Shown here: piece after piece, positions 25,420-35,491 of the stretch | How positions within the stretch are numbered: the stretch's first letter is position 1 | Layout of the letters: the number at the start of each line of letters is the position of its first letter | DNA from: a virus | Taxonomy: Duplodnaviria; Caudoviricetes | IMG/VR virus record: IMGVR_UViG_3300032297_000671 | Location: 1-53,301 of that record | DNA: 53,301 bases | Strand: one strand, 5' to 3' | Program-made: the position numbers and the translations under genes | Notes under the pieces: model-generated | The model's input: the letters and a program-made list of their open reading frames with translations, nothing else | Told to the model about the DNA's origin: nothing | Databases searched by the model: none

Positions 25420-27114
25420 ATGAAACTAATTAACGAAGCAGAAATCTTCGAAACCTGGTCTCCTATCATCGAGCAGAAGGCTGGAATCGCAGATACTGAA
25501 AAGAAACAGTGGCTTTCTAAATATTGTCACTACCACTCATTGAACGAATCAGCTGGTGCTTATTCTTCTTTGAACGTTGTTAACGGTATGGGTGCAGTTA
25601 CACCTCCTACCTTCCCAACTAACACCAACGCTAACGCTGGTTTTTATAACTCATCTTGGCAAGGATCTGGCGATAAATTCCCTTCACTTCTTCCATTGGC
25701 TATTCAGGTAGCTGCGAAGACTGTAGGTTTTGACATCGTTCCAGTTATCCCTATGTCAGGTCCTACTGGCGTATTGTCATACCTTGACTACGTTTACGCT
25801 GGTGGTAAAATCAGCCCAACTTCTGTTGGTGACACAGCTGCTGATGCTTTAGCTGCTGCTCCTGCAATGATCAAATTGCAAATCACTTCACTTGCTTCAG
25901 GATATCCTGCATCATTTGCGGTTGGTACTACTTACTACATCACTAACGCTTCTTCAGCTGGTGCATACATCACTACTAAATTCGTAGGTCTATCAAGAAT
26001 TGATGGTTACCCTATCTTTAGAGTAGAAGGTGTTACTGCTGGTGAGTCTATCGCAGCTGTTATCGACGGTGGTGCTACTAAAGTTGGTACTTCAATCAAC
26101 GGATCTCAAGCTGGTACTACTACTGCTTCTGCAGCATTAGTTAAAGCTTTAGAAGACCACATCCAAGGTTTCTCTGGTGCTGGTTTCCAAAACAGCGATA
26201 ACTGGCAAGGTCCATTCGTTGACGGTACTAAAACTTACAACCCAATGCTTAGAGCATACGGTGAGAGTAACTACTACCAGTCAATGGGTCTTTCGACTTT
26301 CACTAAGTTCGTTGAGGCTGACACTTTCCAAGTAGCTGCTTCTGTAACTACGGAGCAAATCCAAGACCTTAACAAACAATTCGGTATCGACGTTATCTCA
26401 ATGATCGAGAACGCATTGGTTAATGAGGTTTCACAAGCTATCAACAAGCACATCCTTTCTAGAGGATTCGCTCTTGGATGGTCTAACCACTACGACTTCT
26501 ACACTACAGAAGGACAAAACTTGAACCTTAACCTTGTAATTGGTGGTACTGCAGGTTCATACACTATCCCTTCATACGTAGGTAAAGATGACACTGGTTT
26601 AACTCTTGCTGGAACTGCTGGTCCTGCAACAGGAACTTACGAGAACTTGTCAACTCTTCAGAGAAGATTATTCTCAAGAATTCTTGCTGCTGCTAACGTA
26701 GTTGCTAACAGAGGTAGAAGAGGTCCTGCTAACTTCATCGTTACTAACGCTAACGTTGCAAGTGCATTGCAAGATATCTCTCAGTTCACTTTCGCTCCTT
26801 TCTCTAACACGTTGACTCAGAACAACGGTACATTATACCCTGTAGGTTCACTTGCTGGTATGACTGTTTACGTTGATCAGAACATGACGTTCTCTGATAC
26901 GAGAGTATTGGTAGGTAGAAAAGGTGGTGATGACGAACCAGGACTTAAGTTCATGCCTTACATGATGGCTGAGTCTATTCAGACAATCTCTGAAGGTACT
27001 ATGTCACCTAAGATCGCAGTTAAATCTCGTTACGCTTTAGTAGAAGCTGGTTTCCACCCAGAAACTATGTATTTCTGCTTCAACGTTAACTTGCCTGCTG
27101 GAGGTATCTCCTAA
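25420..27114 (+). CDS. gp23: major capsid protein (T4 gp23-like, HK97 fold)
   Basis: LPLA..VAAKTVGFDIVPV.PMSGPTG, EQIQDL....GID, RGRRGPANFIV, G.LAG.TVYVD, FMPY and P..AVKSRYAL. Codon usage is strongly biased, as expected for a highly expressed gene. Confidence 0.93.
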   Translation: MKLINEAEIFETWSPIIEQKAGIADTEKKQWLSKYCHYHSLNESAGAYSSLNVVNGMGAVTPPTFPTNTNANAGFYNSSWQGSGDKFPSLLPLAIQVAAKTVGFDIVPVIPMSGPTGVLSYLDYVYAGGKISPTSVGDTAADALAAAPAMIKLQITSLASGYPASFAVGTTYYITNASSAGAYITTKFVGLSRIDGYPIFRVEGVTAGESIAAVIDGGATKVGTSINGSQAGTTTASAALVKALEDHIQGFSGAGFQNSDNWQGPFVDGTKTYNPMLRAYGESNYYQSMGLSTFTKFVEADTFQVAASVTTEQIQDLNKQFGIDVISMIENALVNEVSQAINKHILSRGFALGWSNHYDFYTTEGQNLNLNLVIGGTAGSYTIPSYVGKDDTGLTLAGTAGPATGTYENLSTLQRRLFSRILAAANVVANRGRRGPANFIVTNANVASALQDISQFTFAPFSNTLTQNNGTLYPVGSLAGMTVYVDQNMTFSDTRVLVGRKGGDDEPGLKFMPYMMAESIQTISEGTMSPKIAVKSRYALVEAGFHPETMYFCFNVNLPAGGIS

Positions 27115-27137
27115 TCTTAGTTAACTAGGAATATATT

Positions 27138-27167
27138 AAACCCCAGGTTTCGGCCTGGGGTTTTTTT
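27138..27167 (+). terminator. intrinsic terminator after the capsid gene
   Basis: AAACCCCAGGT-TTCG-GCCTGGGGTTTTTTT, with a UUCG tetraloop. Confidence 0.93.
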
Positions 27168-27176
27168 GTTTGTATG

Positions 27177-27184
27177 GATATATA
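27177..27184 (+). promoter_or_regulatory. putative late promoter GATATATA
   Basis: Immediately after the terminator and 22 nt before ATG 27207. Confidence 0.72.
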
Positions 27185-27206
27185 GAATAAATCCATTTAC
27201 TGTGTA

Positions 27207-28316
27207 ATGAAGAGAATATTAAAACATCAGGAATTTTTAAAGAGAAGAGACCTTTATGAACCGATTGACGAGTCCATAATGATGGACCTAATGAACATAT
27301 CGTTAAATGAGGGATCTGTTTTAGATTCTCTTAAAAATTCATTAGATAAAACTATTTTCGGTAAACTTTCTAGACTTTCCATAATTGATAGAATAAGAAA
27401 GAGTAATCTTGAAATTCAGAAGGAGATCATAAACAAAGAATATGACGTAAAGGAGGATATTGCTGCTTTGGAAGTTAAAATGGATACCCTAAGAAAAAGA
27501 GGGGCCGATAAGAAAGATTTTTTGCAGATTGAACAGGAGATAGAAAGGAAAAAGAAAGAATTTTCTTCTTATATAAAAATGCAAAAAGCAAAGATGGATC
27601 AGGGTAGAAATCTCCTTGATAAAACCATCTCTAATAACGAAAGAAGAAGAGAGTATTATGAAGCTGGAGCAGCTGATGATAGATTCGAGATCGCAAAATT
27701 TGAATATGAATTAGCTAAGAATAAGACATCAGATAAAGATGAAGTTGATAAGCTAAAAGTTAAATTTGAGGAAGCTGCTAAAAAGGCAGAGGAGATGATT
27801 AAAAGCTCTATGGATTCTTCAAAGAAATCTTCAAAGAAATCTTTGAATGATAATGATCTCTCCGATCTCTCAGCTTTAAGAAAAACTATCGGCGAAAATG
27901 ATGCTGATACTATCATAGAGTTAAAACAAAAAACTGCTGATAGATCTGATGAATTAAAGAATAAGCTTAAAGATGGTCTTAAAGATTTGACTGATTTTAT
28001 CAAAAAAATGCACATTAAGAAAGTTCCTGTTTCTGATCGAGTTATAGAGAAAAAGCTAGATCCACTAGTTAAGCTTTCCAATGAGATCGATGCCTGTGAT
28101 AATCTATATAAGCTATATAGCAGAATGGGTAAAAGCAGATCTCAGATAGCAAAGAGCATCTCAACGACATCTGCTTTAAGTGATCTTTTCACTAAGATTA
28201 ATAGCGCTATCTTAGATGGTAAAGATGCAGGGTCTGGTTTAACTAGTATGCTTTTGGTTCTTGAGGCTGACCCAACCGCGGATAATATTCAGAAAGTAAT
28301 AAAAAAAATATCTTAA
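27207..28316 (+). CDS. coiled-coil putative internal head protein (paralog of next gene)
   Basis: N-terminus ILKHQEF...IDES...LNEG; Lys/Glu-rich helices. Confidence 0.6.
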   Translation: MKRILKHQEFLKRRDLYEPIDESIMMDLMNISLNEGSVLDSLKNSLDKTIFGKLSRLSIIDRIRKSNLEIQKEIINKEYDVKEDIAALEVKMDTLRKRGADKKDFLQIEQEIERKKKEFSSYIKMQKAKMDQGRNLLDKTISNNERRREYYEAGAADDRFEIAKFEYELAKNKTSDKDEVDKLKVKFEEAAKKAEEMIKSSMDSSKKSSKKSLNDNDLSDLSALRKTIGENDADTIIELKQKTADRSDELKNKLKDGLKDLTDFIKKMHIKKVPVSDRVIEKKLDPLVKLSNEIDACDNLYKLYSRMGKSRSQIAKSISTTSALSDLFTKINSAILDGKDAGSGLTSMLLVLEADPTADNIQKVIKKIS

Positions 28317-28317
28317 G

Positions 28318-29208
28318 ATGCTTTTGAAATTTAAAGAATGGGATAACTCAAACCCAGCAATAAACGAATCTGCTCCATTAGAAAAAATAATGAATTGGCT
28401 TAGCTCCAATTTTGGTGGAACAGTTTCTGAAATTGACGGATTACTTTCTAAGGTGTCTTCAATAGAAGCCCAATATGTAGAAGACTGGAATGATATCCAA
28501 ACCGATATAGATTCACTCGAGGTTAGAAAGGCACAAACAAAATCTGATGCTGCTGAGCTTAAAAAGCTAGAGAGGATGATCGATAGAAATCGTAAGTTAC
28601 TAACTGCTTTACAGAGAAAAAAGAAAGCAGATTTAGAAAAGATTGATGCCAAAGCTGAAAAAATAATCGGTGGCAAATCAAGACTGATTTCATATTGGAA
28701 TCTTAAGAAGGCAGAACTTGAATCAGATATAGCTGAAAAGTTATTTGGTTTATCTAAAGAACTTACAGACGAAAGCATTGCGGATGAACTTTATAATAAG
28801 TATAAGGATGCTGCTTTGGATGCTAAGAAAAAGGATGAAGCTTTTAGAGAAAAATTCGGAAAGCTTGATCTAGCCAAATCTTCTACCATAGAAAAAGAAA
28901 CAGAGTCTATATCTAAATCAAACTTTTCTTTAGACCCTATTCTAGCCATGAATGCTGTCCAGTTTACTAAATATGTTCAGGGGCTAGAAAAATCTCAGGT
29001 TAAGGATCTGATAAAGTTTATAACAAGAGAAAGAAACGAGAAGTATGCAACTCTTGATACAGAGAAAGATAGATTAAAAGACCAGGCTAAGAAAAAAGGT
29101 TTGAGTGATGAGTCTGTTTCTTCTAGCATAAGTGATCTCAGAGAAACCTTGATGGAGCAAATTAGGGATCTAAGAACTAAAATAACTATTGCAAGAAGAT
29201 ATGCGTAA
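28318..29208 (+). CDS. coiled-coil putative internal head protein
   Basis: N-terminus MLLKFKEW...INES; aligns with 27207 around DI..LEV and Y.......IA.....L.K. Confidence 0.6.
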   Translation: MLLKFKEWDNSNPAINESAPLEKIMNWLSSNFGGTVSEIDGLLSKVSSIEAQYVEDWNDIQTDIDSLEVRKAQTKSDAAELKKLERMIDRNRKLLTALQRKKKADLEKIDAKAEKIIGGKSRLISYWNLKKAELESDIAEKLFGLSKELTDESIADELYNKYKDAALDAKKKDEAFREKFGKLDLAKSSTIEKETESISKSNFSLDPILAMNAVQFTKYVQGLEKSQVKDLIKFITRERNEKYATLDTEKDRLKDQAKKKGLSDESVSSSISDLRETLMEQIRDLRTKITIARRYA

Positions 29209-29470
29209 GTACATTAAGCCCCTTAGTTCCGAACCACTACTAGAAGGAGTAAATGAGGATCTAGTAAAATCAAAAGCTGATGTTAACGCAAAGTTGGCAG
29301 AGATAGCTGCTGAGATAGCAGTTCAAAAAGAAGCTGAAACTACTTTAAATAAAATCGCTTCTATAAAAAAACAGGCTACTCTTTATTCACAACTACCAGC
29401 TTTATTAAATAAGCTCGCTTCTTCAATGGAGGCCAAAGAAAAATCTGGTGACACAACAACTATTTACTAA
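29201..29470 (+). CDS. small helical putative head protein
   Basis: The ATG at 29201 overlaps the end of the upstream gene; the protein begins MRKYIKPL...LLEGVNED. Confidence 0.6.
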   Translation: MRKYIKPLSSEPLLEGVNEDLVKSKADVNAKLAEIAAEIAVQKEAETTLNKIASIKKQATLYSQLPALLNKLASSMEAKEKSGDTTTIY

Positions 29471-29472
29471 AG

Positions 29473-31881
29473 ATGAATAATAATTATTTTAACCAAAATC
29501 CCATAGCTAGACAAATATCAATTAGTACATTAAGACTATTTGAGAATGAGAATGTTGATTCACTTATTCAAAAGATAAGTGATATTACATTGGATACCTT
29601 CAAGAAGGTTGTTTTTGATATAGCATCTACTAAGAATAGAAATCCTGATGTTTTAAGAGCTAAGATTGCTGATATATCGGGAACTACAACATTGAAGAAT
29701 CTTTCTGCAAAGATTAAGGATTATGCTCAAGATGCTGAACTTGTTGATCCTGCTTATGCTGAGGTTAAGAAAATGTACATTGATGGTTTAAATATGATAA
29801 CAGATGCTCTTAAAAGAGCTGTTGAGGTTGATCCTTCTTTGGAAGCTAAGATTATAGACAGATTTGTCAATTCGTCTGATAAACTTCAAAAAGTGGTTGA
29901 TTATATTGCTTCTGAGATGCAAAAATCAGGTAGGTTGAATGAATCATTGGTAATTGGATTTCAAGGCCGTATAGACAAGTTATTGAAGGTTCTTGTTAAT
30001 CTTATAACTGATTCTAAAGGAAAGGATGCAAAATCCGGATACGGTAGGGATTGGCACAGATTATTTCAAACCCTTGAGCAAAAGGCTTATGCTATCCAAC
30101 AATCTAAATCTTTAGCTGGTGAAAAGGATAGAAAAACATTAGCAGAGCTTGAAAAGAAAGTTGATACACTTTCACAGGAGTACTATCAATATAAGATTAA
30201 AGCTTCTGAGATGGCAATGAAGAAGATTAGCGACGACGATGAACTAATTACTAAATTTGGAGACGTTAATGACCTTTTTACTTCTGCTCTTGATCTTATA
30301 GCTAAGGCTAATACTCAGGAAGGAATAGTTGAAGTTAAAATTAGAGAGGATCTTGAGGAAAGAGAATCTAAGATGAATGATAAGGTTTTCCCAATTAAAA
30401 AAGGAGATAAGGACACTGACCCTAAATTCAAAGGATCTAATATAATCGCTTCTATACAGAAAGCCTTAATGAATGGATTTGTTCCTATTAAGAATATACT
30501 TACACCTAGAGGTGGAGTTGATGGTAAATATGGTACGGGAACAACCTCTGTAATCAAATCAATCCAAACAATATTTGGCAACAAGAACGTTGATGGAAAT
30601 TTGGATAAATCTTTGATTGATTCGATATTAAAACTTGATCAGATATCAAGTGAAGATAAGGAGGATATTAGAGAAAGCCTATCTAAACTCAGAAAATCCT
30701 ATTCTACTGTTAGCGAATCTGGTAAGGCATTAAATGCTTCTGATTTCTTTGCATTAATGGAAGCAATGAGCTATATAGATCCTCAAGAATTAGAAGGGGT
30801 TTTAAATAAATTCAATGACGAGCTTGAGAATGATCCGGAGGATAAAAAAATCTCTATGATTAGCGACGAGGTTCTAGCAGAGAAACTAGCTAAATTACTT
30901 AGAACTAAGGGATATAATAAAAATGCAGAAGCTGACGATTTTTTACGAGAGGATGGATCACTAAAAGGATCTTATCCAAGGGAATTTGTAGAATCGTGGG
31001 GAATTGCTATAGATAATGCTGACGATGCTGCTTATTTTGTAGAAGATAAAGACGATGATATTGAAGGTATCTACACTACTAAGAGATTGTCTTCGACTGT
31101 AAATAAACCAAGTAACTGGCCTAAATATTCGGAGATATCAGGAAATGATGATTCTGATATTAATGATTTCGGTAAATGGTACACGTCATATTGGAAAAAT
31201 TTTGCAGGGGTGAATTCGGATTCAAAGGCTTCATCAATAACTTCTCTGCTTCAAAAAAATTCCGATCTTAAGAAAGATGAGGATAAGGATATAGCAGCTT
31301 CTTATTATGATTCTCTTTCAGATCTTATAGCTAGTAAAAAAGCTGAGATCTCGTCAGGTTATCTAGATTTCAGAACTGCTGAAAGAATTAAGGAAATGAT
31401 TAGTTCTAATCTTGGAGACATCAGCGATATTGATGGTCTAAAGCCTTCTGAGATGAGATTCATTTATAATCTTATTGCAATTTTAGCAGGTACAATAACT
31501 TATGACAAGAAGGAAGAAAAATGGGTAGATAGTATTAGTTACGTCACTTCTTTCAACGATTCTAAGGATTTTTATGATTTACTTAAAAATATAGCTAAGA
31601 CAAAGGCATTCTTCGAGGTTGGAGCTGACGATGAGTTATTTGCTTATTTAAATATTCCTGAATCTGGACCAGCAGAATTGGTTGTTGCAAAAACAACTGG
31701 ACCTGAATTTACACAAAAAACTAATCAGGGATCTCCTTTGCAAATTAAAGCAATATCAATATTAGCTGATATGTCGGAAAAAGCTAAGAAGCATGCTAAG
31801 AGGGCATCTCTTTCCAATTCTAAGGAAGCAGCAGATTCTCAGTTCTCAGACATCTATGTAATTAAAAAACAAGAGGAATAA
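29473..31881 (+). CDS. large helical protein with peptidoglycan-binding-like domain
   Basis: IQKAL...GGVDGKYGTGTTSVIKSIQ...VDG resembles PG_binding_1 (LQ..L...DG.FG..T..AV..FQ...DG). LFE, LNES and VSES sites are present. Confidence 0.6.
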   Translation: MNNNYFNQNPIARQISISTLRLFENENVDSLIQKISDITLDTFKKVVFDIASTKNRNPDVLRAKIADISGTTTLKNLSAKIKDYAQDAELVDPAYAEVKKMYIDGLNMITDALKRAVEVDPSLEAKIIDRFVNSSDKLQKVVDYIASEMQKSGRLNESLVIGFQGRIDKLLKVLVNLITDSKGKDAKSGYGRDWHRLFQTLEQKAYAIQQSKSLAGEKDRKTLAELEKKVDTLSQEYYQYKIKASEMAMKKISDDDELITKFGDVNDLFTSALDLIAKANTQEGIVEVKIREDLEERESKMNDKVFPIKKGDKDTDPKFKGSNIIASIQKALMNGFVPIKNILTPRGGVDGKYGTGTTSVIKSIQTIFGNKNVDGNLDKSLIDSILKLDQISSEDKEDIRESLSKLRKSYSTVSESGKALNASDFFALMEAMSYIDPQELEGVLNKFNDELENDPEDKKISMISDEVLAEKLAKLLRTKGYNKNAEADDFLREDGSLKGSYPREFVESWGIAIDNADDAAYFVEDKDDDIEGIYTTKRLSSTVNKPSNWPKYSEISGNDDSDINDFGKWYTSYWKNFAGVNSDSKASSITSLLQKNSDLKKDEDKDIAASYYDSLSDLIASKKAEISSGYLDFRTAERIKEMISSNLGDISDIDGLKPSEMRFIYNLIAILAGTITYDKKEEKWVDSISYVTSFNDSKDFYDLLKNIAKTKAFFEVGADDELFAYLNIPESGPAELVVAKTTGPEFTQKTNQGSPLQIKAISILADMSEKAKKHAKRASLSNSKEAADSQFSDIYVIKKQEE

Positions 31882-31885
31882 TACC

Positions 31886-31915
31886 GAAACCTGATTAAAT
31901 GTTTTCAATAGAATC
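31886..31915 (+). promoter_or_regulatory. putative ECF-like promoter GAAAC-N17-ATAGAAT
   Basis: Intergenic, with the conserved spacing. Confidence 0.55.
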
Positions 31916-31920
31916 CATGG

Positions 31921-32844
31921 ATGAATAATTCTGGATTATATCTTTTGAGTTTTTGTAGTAAAGGAAGTCCATGGGATTTGGGAAGGGACCTTTCTGCTAA
32001 TTCTGAAATGATCAGATTGATCCTGTCTCCCTATTTTAATGAAATTTACATATACTCTCCTGAGGATATAAAAACAATGGGAGGGACAGATTTTTGTAAT
32101 CAACGTCCCGGCGAATTTCCTCTTAATCCTGGAATAAATGATCTAGGATGTGGTGACTTCAAACCATTCCTGATAGATCATACACTTAAGATGATTCCAG
32201 AGGGATCTATTTTAATATACCATGATTGTAATTTTTCTAAGTATCCACAATATTGGCAAACAGATTGGAAAAATCTATATGAGACTTGTTCAAGTTTACT
32301 TGAGATAAACAAGTCCGATATTTTTATGCCATTTGAAACCCCAATTAGGCCAACTAAAGGTATTCAGCCAAAAGTAAGAATGCACGGAAAGAGGCACACC
32401 ACACTTTCTATAATAAAAGATCCGATAGAGGCAGAGATAGTTTCTGAATGTTATGAGATCGCTTCTGGAAGAATGGTAATAAGGAATTCGAATTTCTCCA
32501 GAGACTTCTTTTCTGAGTACCTTCGGCTTTGTTCAATTCCAGAATTAATAGAAAAATATCCAAATCCAAATCCATATCCACAATTTACTCATCACTGTCC
32601 AGAACAACATATATTAAATTGTTTAATTTATAAGTATATTTTGGATGGAAAATTAGATCCCCTTTTTCCAAGATTTATGTTTCCTATGAGAAGACTGTTG
32701 ATTGATGACGATGTAAAATCTTTCGTAAATCACAAATTGACGAAATATCTTTCTGAAAAATCAATACAAATATTACAAAAAGAGGATTATGATAACGATT
32801 TTCGAGGGACAAAGGAATTCGGGGAAGACATTTTTAGCACATAA
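31921..32844 (+). CDS. putative glycosyltransferase-like (GT-A fold) protein
   Basis: FKPFLI..TL....EGSILIYHDC and H..EQ.IL resemble the KPY.I...L...GD.L.Y.D / HR.DQS.L pattern of GT-like proteins. Confidence 0.5.
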   Translation: MNNSGLYLLSFCSKGSPWDLGRDLSANSEMIRLILSPYFNEIYIYSPEDIKTMGGTDFCNQRPGEFPLNPGINDLGCGDFKPFLIDHTLKMIPEGSILIYHDCNFSKYPQYWQTDWKNLYETCSSLLEINKSDIFMPFETPIRPTKGIQPKVRMHGKRHTTLSIIKDPIEAEIVSECYEIASGRMVIRNSNFSRDFFSEYLRLCSIPELIEKYPNPNPYPQFTHHCPEQHILNCLIYKYILDGKLDPLFPRFMFPMRRLLIDDDVKSFVNHKLTKYLSEKSIQILQKEDYDNDFRGTKEFGEDIFST

Positions 32845-33331
32845 GTTTGCTTCAATCTCAGATTTACCTATATTTAAATTTGAATTTGTCGATTGGTTCA
32901 AAAATTTAGAATTAGTAGATTCCCAAGAATCTACCCATTTATTTGCATTAGGAAAAGAGTCTATGCTAATGCAATTGAATAGAGATGGTCTTTTACCTGA
33001 TTTCATTCTCGATAGAGGTATTTTAACAGTTATGACCTGGGGAATACTTTCAGGAAGAATAACTGAATCCAAGGCACATGAGCAACTTTCCATGATTTGT
33101 GAAGCAGGTCTTTTCGATAACATTAGGATATTCTATGTGGTTGGTGAAAATCCAGACCGGTCTAGTAGGAATAAGGATGTTTGGGACTTTAGAGAATCCG
33201 ATAATAGAGAATCTGAGATCATGGAAAATCTAAGAGATCATATTTCTAATAATCCATATAACGTGCAGGTTGAGTACATTTTTAATGAATTCAACGAAGA
33301 TTCTGTACGATCTCTACATAAATTTATATAA
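32789..33331 (+). CDS. P-loop nucleoside monophosphate kinase (thymidylate kinase-like)
   Basis: IFEGQRNSGKT P-loop and ILDRG motif. Confidence 0.7.
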   Translation: MITIFEGQRNSGKTFLAHKFASISDLPIFKFEFVDWFKNLELVDSQESTHLFALGKESMLMQLNRDGLLPDFILDRGILTVMTWGILSGRITESKAHEQLSMICEAGLFDNIRIFYVVGENPDRSSRNKDVWDFRESDNRESEIMENLRDHISNNPYNVQVEYIFNEFNEDSVRSLHKFI

Positions 33332-33332
33332 A

Positions 33333-34730
33333 ATGTGCGGTATACTAATAACTAAAGAAATCTCGGACAGAGTAATCGATTCGATTAAACATAGAGGAAT
33401 TGAAAAAACAATTGTTAGTAAGGGATTGTTTAATCTTTGTCATCACAGACTTCCTATCCAAACCTCAGATGGCGATGATTGGAACCAGCCAAAGGAGATA
33501 AGTCCTGGGATCTTCCTCTTGTTCAATGGAGAGATATTTAATTACGATAGAAATAGGTATTCATCAGACATCGAGTATCTCTGTAGTTTATTTTCTAACT
33601 ATCGTGGTGGAAACTTCGATTTATTTTGTGCTTTCTATCTTTCTCAGATACAAACATGGGATGGATTTTGGGCTATAGTTTTATATGATGCTAATCTTAA
33701 TGAGGCTATTGCTTTTACAGATCCTTTAGGAAAGAAGTCTTTGTATTTCAATAATATTGGTGAGATCTGTTCTGAGATAAAGGGAGTAGTTAGTGATAAT
33801 TCCCCGATTGATGAAATCTTTATGAGCTCAGTTAGAAAATGGGGATATAATACAGACGAGAGAACTCCATATACGGATGTCAAGAGAATTTTACCAAATG
33901 ACATCTACCATTTGAATCTAGATAACGTAGAAATTAGAAAGATCTATAAAGAATATTACAAGGGATTCGATTCCCCAATAACTGAATTAATAGGTGCTTC
34001 CTACGAGGATCACATGGAGTGGTTATGGAGCAAAATGTTTGAGTCAGTTAAGAATAGACTTGTATCAAAAAACTACCCAATTTCTTTGCTAATTTCTGGT
34101 GGACTTGATTCCTCTATCATAGCTTCTATATTAAAAGAAATTGGTGCTGACGTCAGGTGGTTTAGTATAGAGAATGGTGAAAGGGAATATGTTGAATTGC
34201 TTTCTGAGTACTTATCAACTAACGTAACATTCCTTGACTATTCGATGGAGGATGATAAGAATGACGAGATATACAAAAAATGGAACGAGTCCCCAATTGA
34301 TCTCGGATCAGCTATTCCTCAGTATTACTTATTTGAAGCTATTAAAAAATTCGGAGGATATCGTATAGTTTTAAGTGGTGATGGATCTGACGAACTCTTT
34401 GGAGGATACAGAAGGATCCACGAATACGATTCACAGAAATCTGATATCTTCGAGGAGCTTTCTTATTATCACTTGCCTAGACTTGATAAGATGTCAATGG
34501 CACATACTTTAGAATTGAGAAGCCCATTCCTTAATCTTGATCTTGTTAGATTTGCTCTACATTTACCTAAGGAATGGAGAACAGATAAAAAAATTCTAAA
34601 GGACACCTTTGCACCGATATTACCCGAGGAAATAGTCAATAGAAAAAAAGAAGCTCTAAAGAATCCTCAGATAAAAGAAGATAAAATAAAGTATCGATAT
34701 AAGGTAATTGACAGATTTATTAAGCAGTAG
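33333..34730 (+). CDS. asnB: asparagine synthetase (glutamine-hydrolysing)-like amidotransferase
   Basis: The true start is MCGI at 33333 (Ntn cysteine). Other motifs: HRG, HHRL.I, FNGEIFNY, SGGLDSS, LSGDGSDELFGGY and DKMSMAHTLELRSPFL. Confidence 0.88.
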   Translation: MCGILITKEISDRVIDSIKHRGIEKTIVSKGLFNLCHHRLPIQTSDGDDWNQPKEISPGIFLLFNGEIFNYDRNRYSSDIEYLCSLFSNYRGGNFDLFCAFYLSQIQTWDGFWAIVLYDANLNEAIAFTDPLGKKSLYFNNIGEICSEIKGVVSDNSPIDEIFMSSVRKWGYNTDERTPYTDVKRILPNDIYHLNLDNVEIRKIYKEYYKGFDSPITELIGASYEDHMEWLWSKMFESVKNRLVSKNYPISLLISGGLDSSIIASILKEIGADVRWFSIENGEREYVELLSEYLSTNVTFLDYSMEDDKNDEIYKKWNESPIDLGSAIPQYYLFEAIKKFGGYRIVLSGDGSDELFGGYRRIHEYDSQKSDIFEELSYYHLPRLDKMSMAHTLELRSPFLNLDLVRFALHLPKEWRTDKKILKDTFAPILPEEIVNRKKEALKNPQIKEDKIKYRYKVIDRFIKQ

Positions 34731-34749
34731 CAATTTACTTATTGGAAAG

Positions 34750-34757
34750 GATATATA
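34750..34757 (+). promoter_or_regulatory. putative late promoter GATATATA inside a 7-bp inverted repeat
   Basis: TGGAAAG-GATATATAGAAAAAAA-CTTTCCA (34743-34772), ending 3 nt before ATG 34776. Confidence 0.68.
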
Positions 34758-34775
34758 GAAAAAAACTTTCCATCA

Positions 34776-35480
34776 ATGAGTAGTTCAATTAAGAGCTTTA
34801 ACGAATTTAGAAATCAATCCTCAGCTAATGAAGCTGAAGGCTGGGAAAACTATATAGGTGATGTTTTTTCTTCCGCAGTAGGAGGATTCAGCGATGTGAT
34901 AAAAGGTAAGGTTACAAATTACCTTCTTGAATTTTTCGGCATCAACGAGCAATCTATATTTAGTAAATTAATCCAGAATTTCGTAGAGCAATTCCCTGTT
35001 TCAGATCTTTTCTCTATAATATTCAACGGAAAAGCAAATGCATCATATTTAGCTCCAAAGGCAGCCGATGCAACTATAGAGTTCCTACAAGAGAAAGGAC
35101 TTGATGGTATAGCAAAGGATTTAAAGATCGATCCAAATGGGTGGATTTATAGAACGATATCAGAAATGCTTTCGAATCAGACTAAGAGGGAAGATTTTAG
35201 AAAGGGATTAGAAGGATTCTATCTAGAAGCTTTCAATGGATTTGAAAGTCTTAATCAGGATGAATTTGCATCATCACTTTCCCCATCAGAAAGAAGTAAA
35301 ATGACTTCTTCATTAGAAGCATCTGCAAGAAGACAAGGTCAAACTATATCTGGTGGAAATCAAAGCAACTCTAACGAGCCTGGTATTCTGGATAGATTTT
35401 TAGGAACCGTTGCTAATTCTTCTCAGCAGGGTGCATCACAAGGAACAACAACCGGATCTATTCTGGGAAACATTAGATAA
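34776..35480 (+). CDS. putative internal head protein
   Basis: CTS-like N-terminus SIKSFNEF...ANEA and an upstream late promoter. Confidence 0.6.
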   Translation: MSSSIKSFNEFRNQSSANEAEGWENYIGDVFSSAVGGFSDVIKGKVTNYLLEFFGINEQSIFSKLIQNFVEQFPVSDLFSIIFNGKANASYLAPKAADATIEFLQEKGLDGIAKDLKIDPNGWIYRTISEMLSNQTKREDFRKGLEGFYLEAFNGFESLNQDEFASSLSPSERSKMTSSLEASARRQGQTISGGNQSNSNEPGILDRFLGTVANSSQQGASQGTTTGSILGNIR

Positions 35481-35491
35481 AAAACAAAATT

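Noticed and set aside
33270-33332. ORF-track N-terminal extensions (33270, also 14183, 19077, 29189, 35805, 36007, 37554, 37957, 39618, 40488)
   Set aside because: Downstream ATGs fit better: the Ntn Cys must follow the initiator Met in AsnB, and the others match stop/start coupling or promoter positions.
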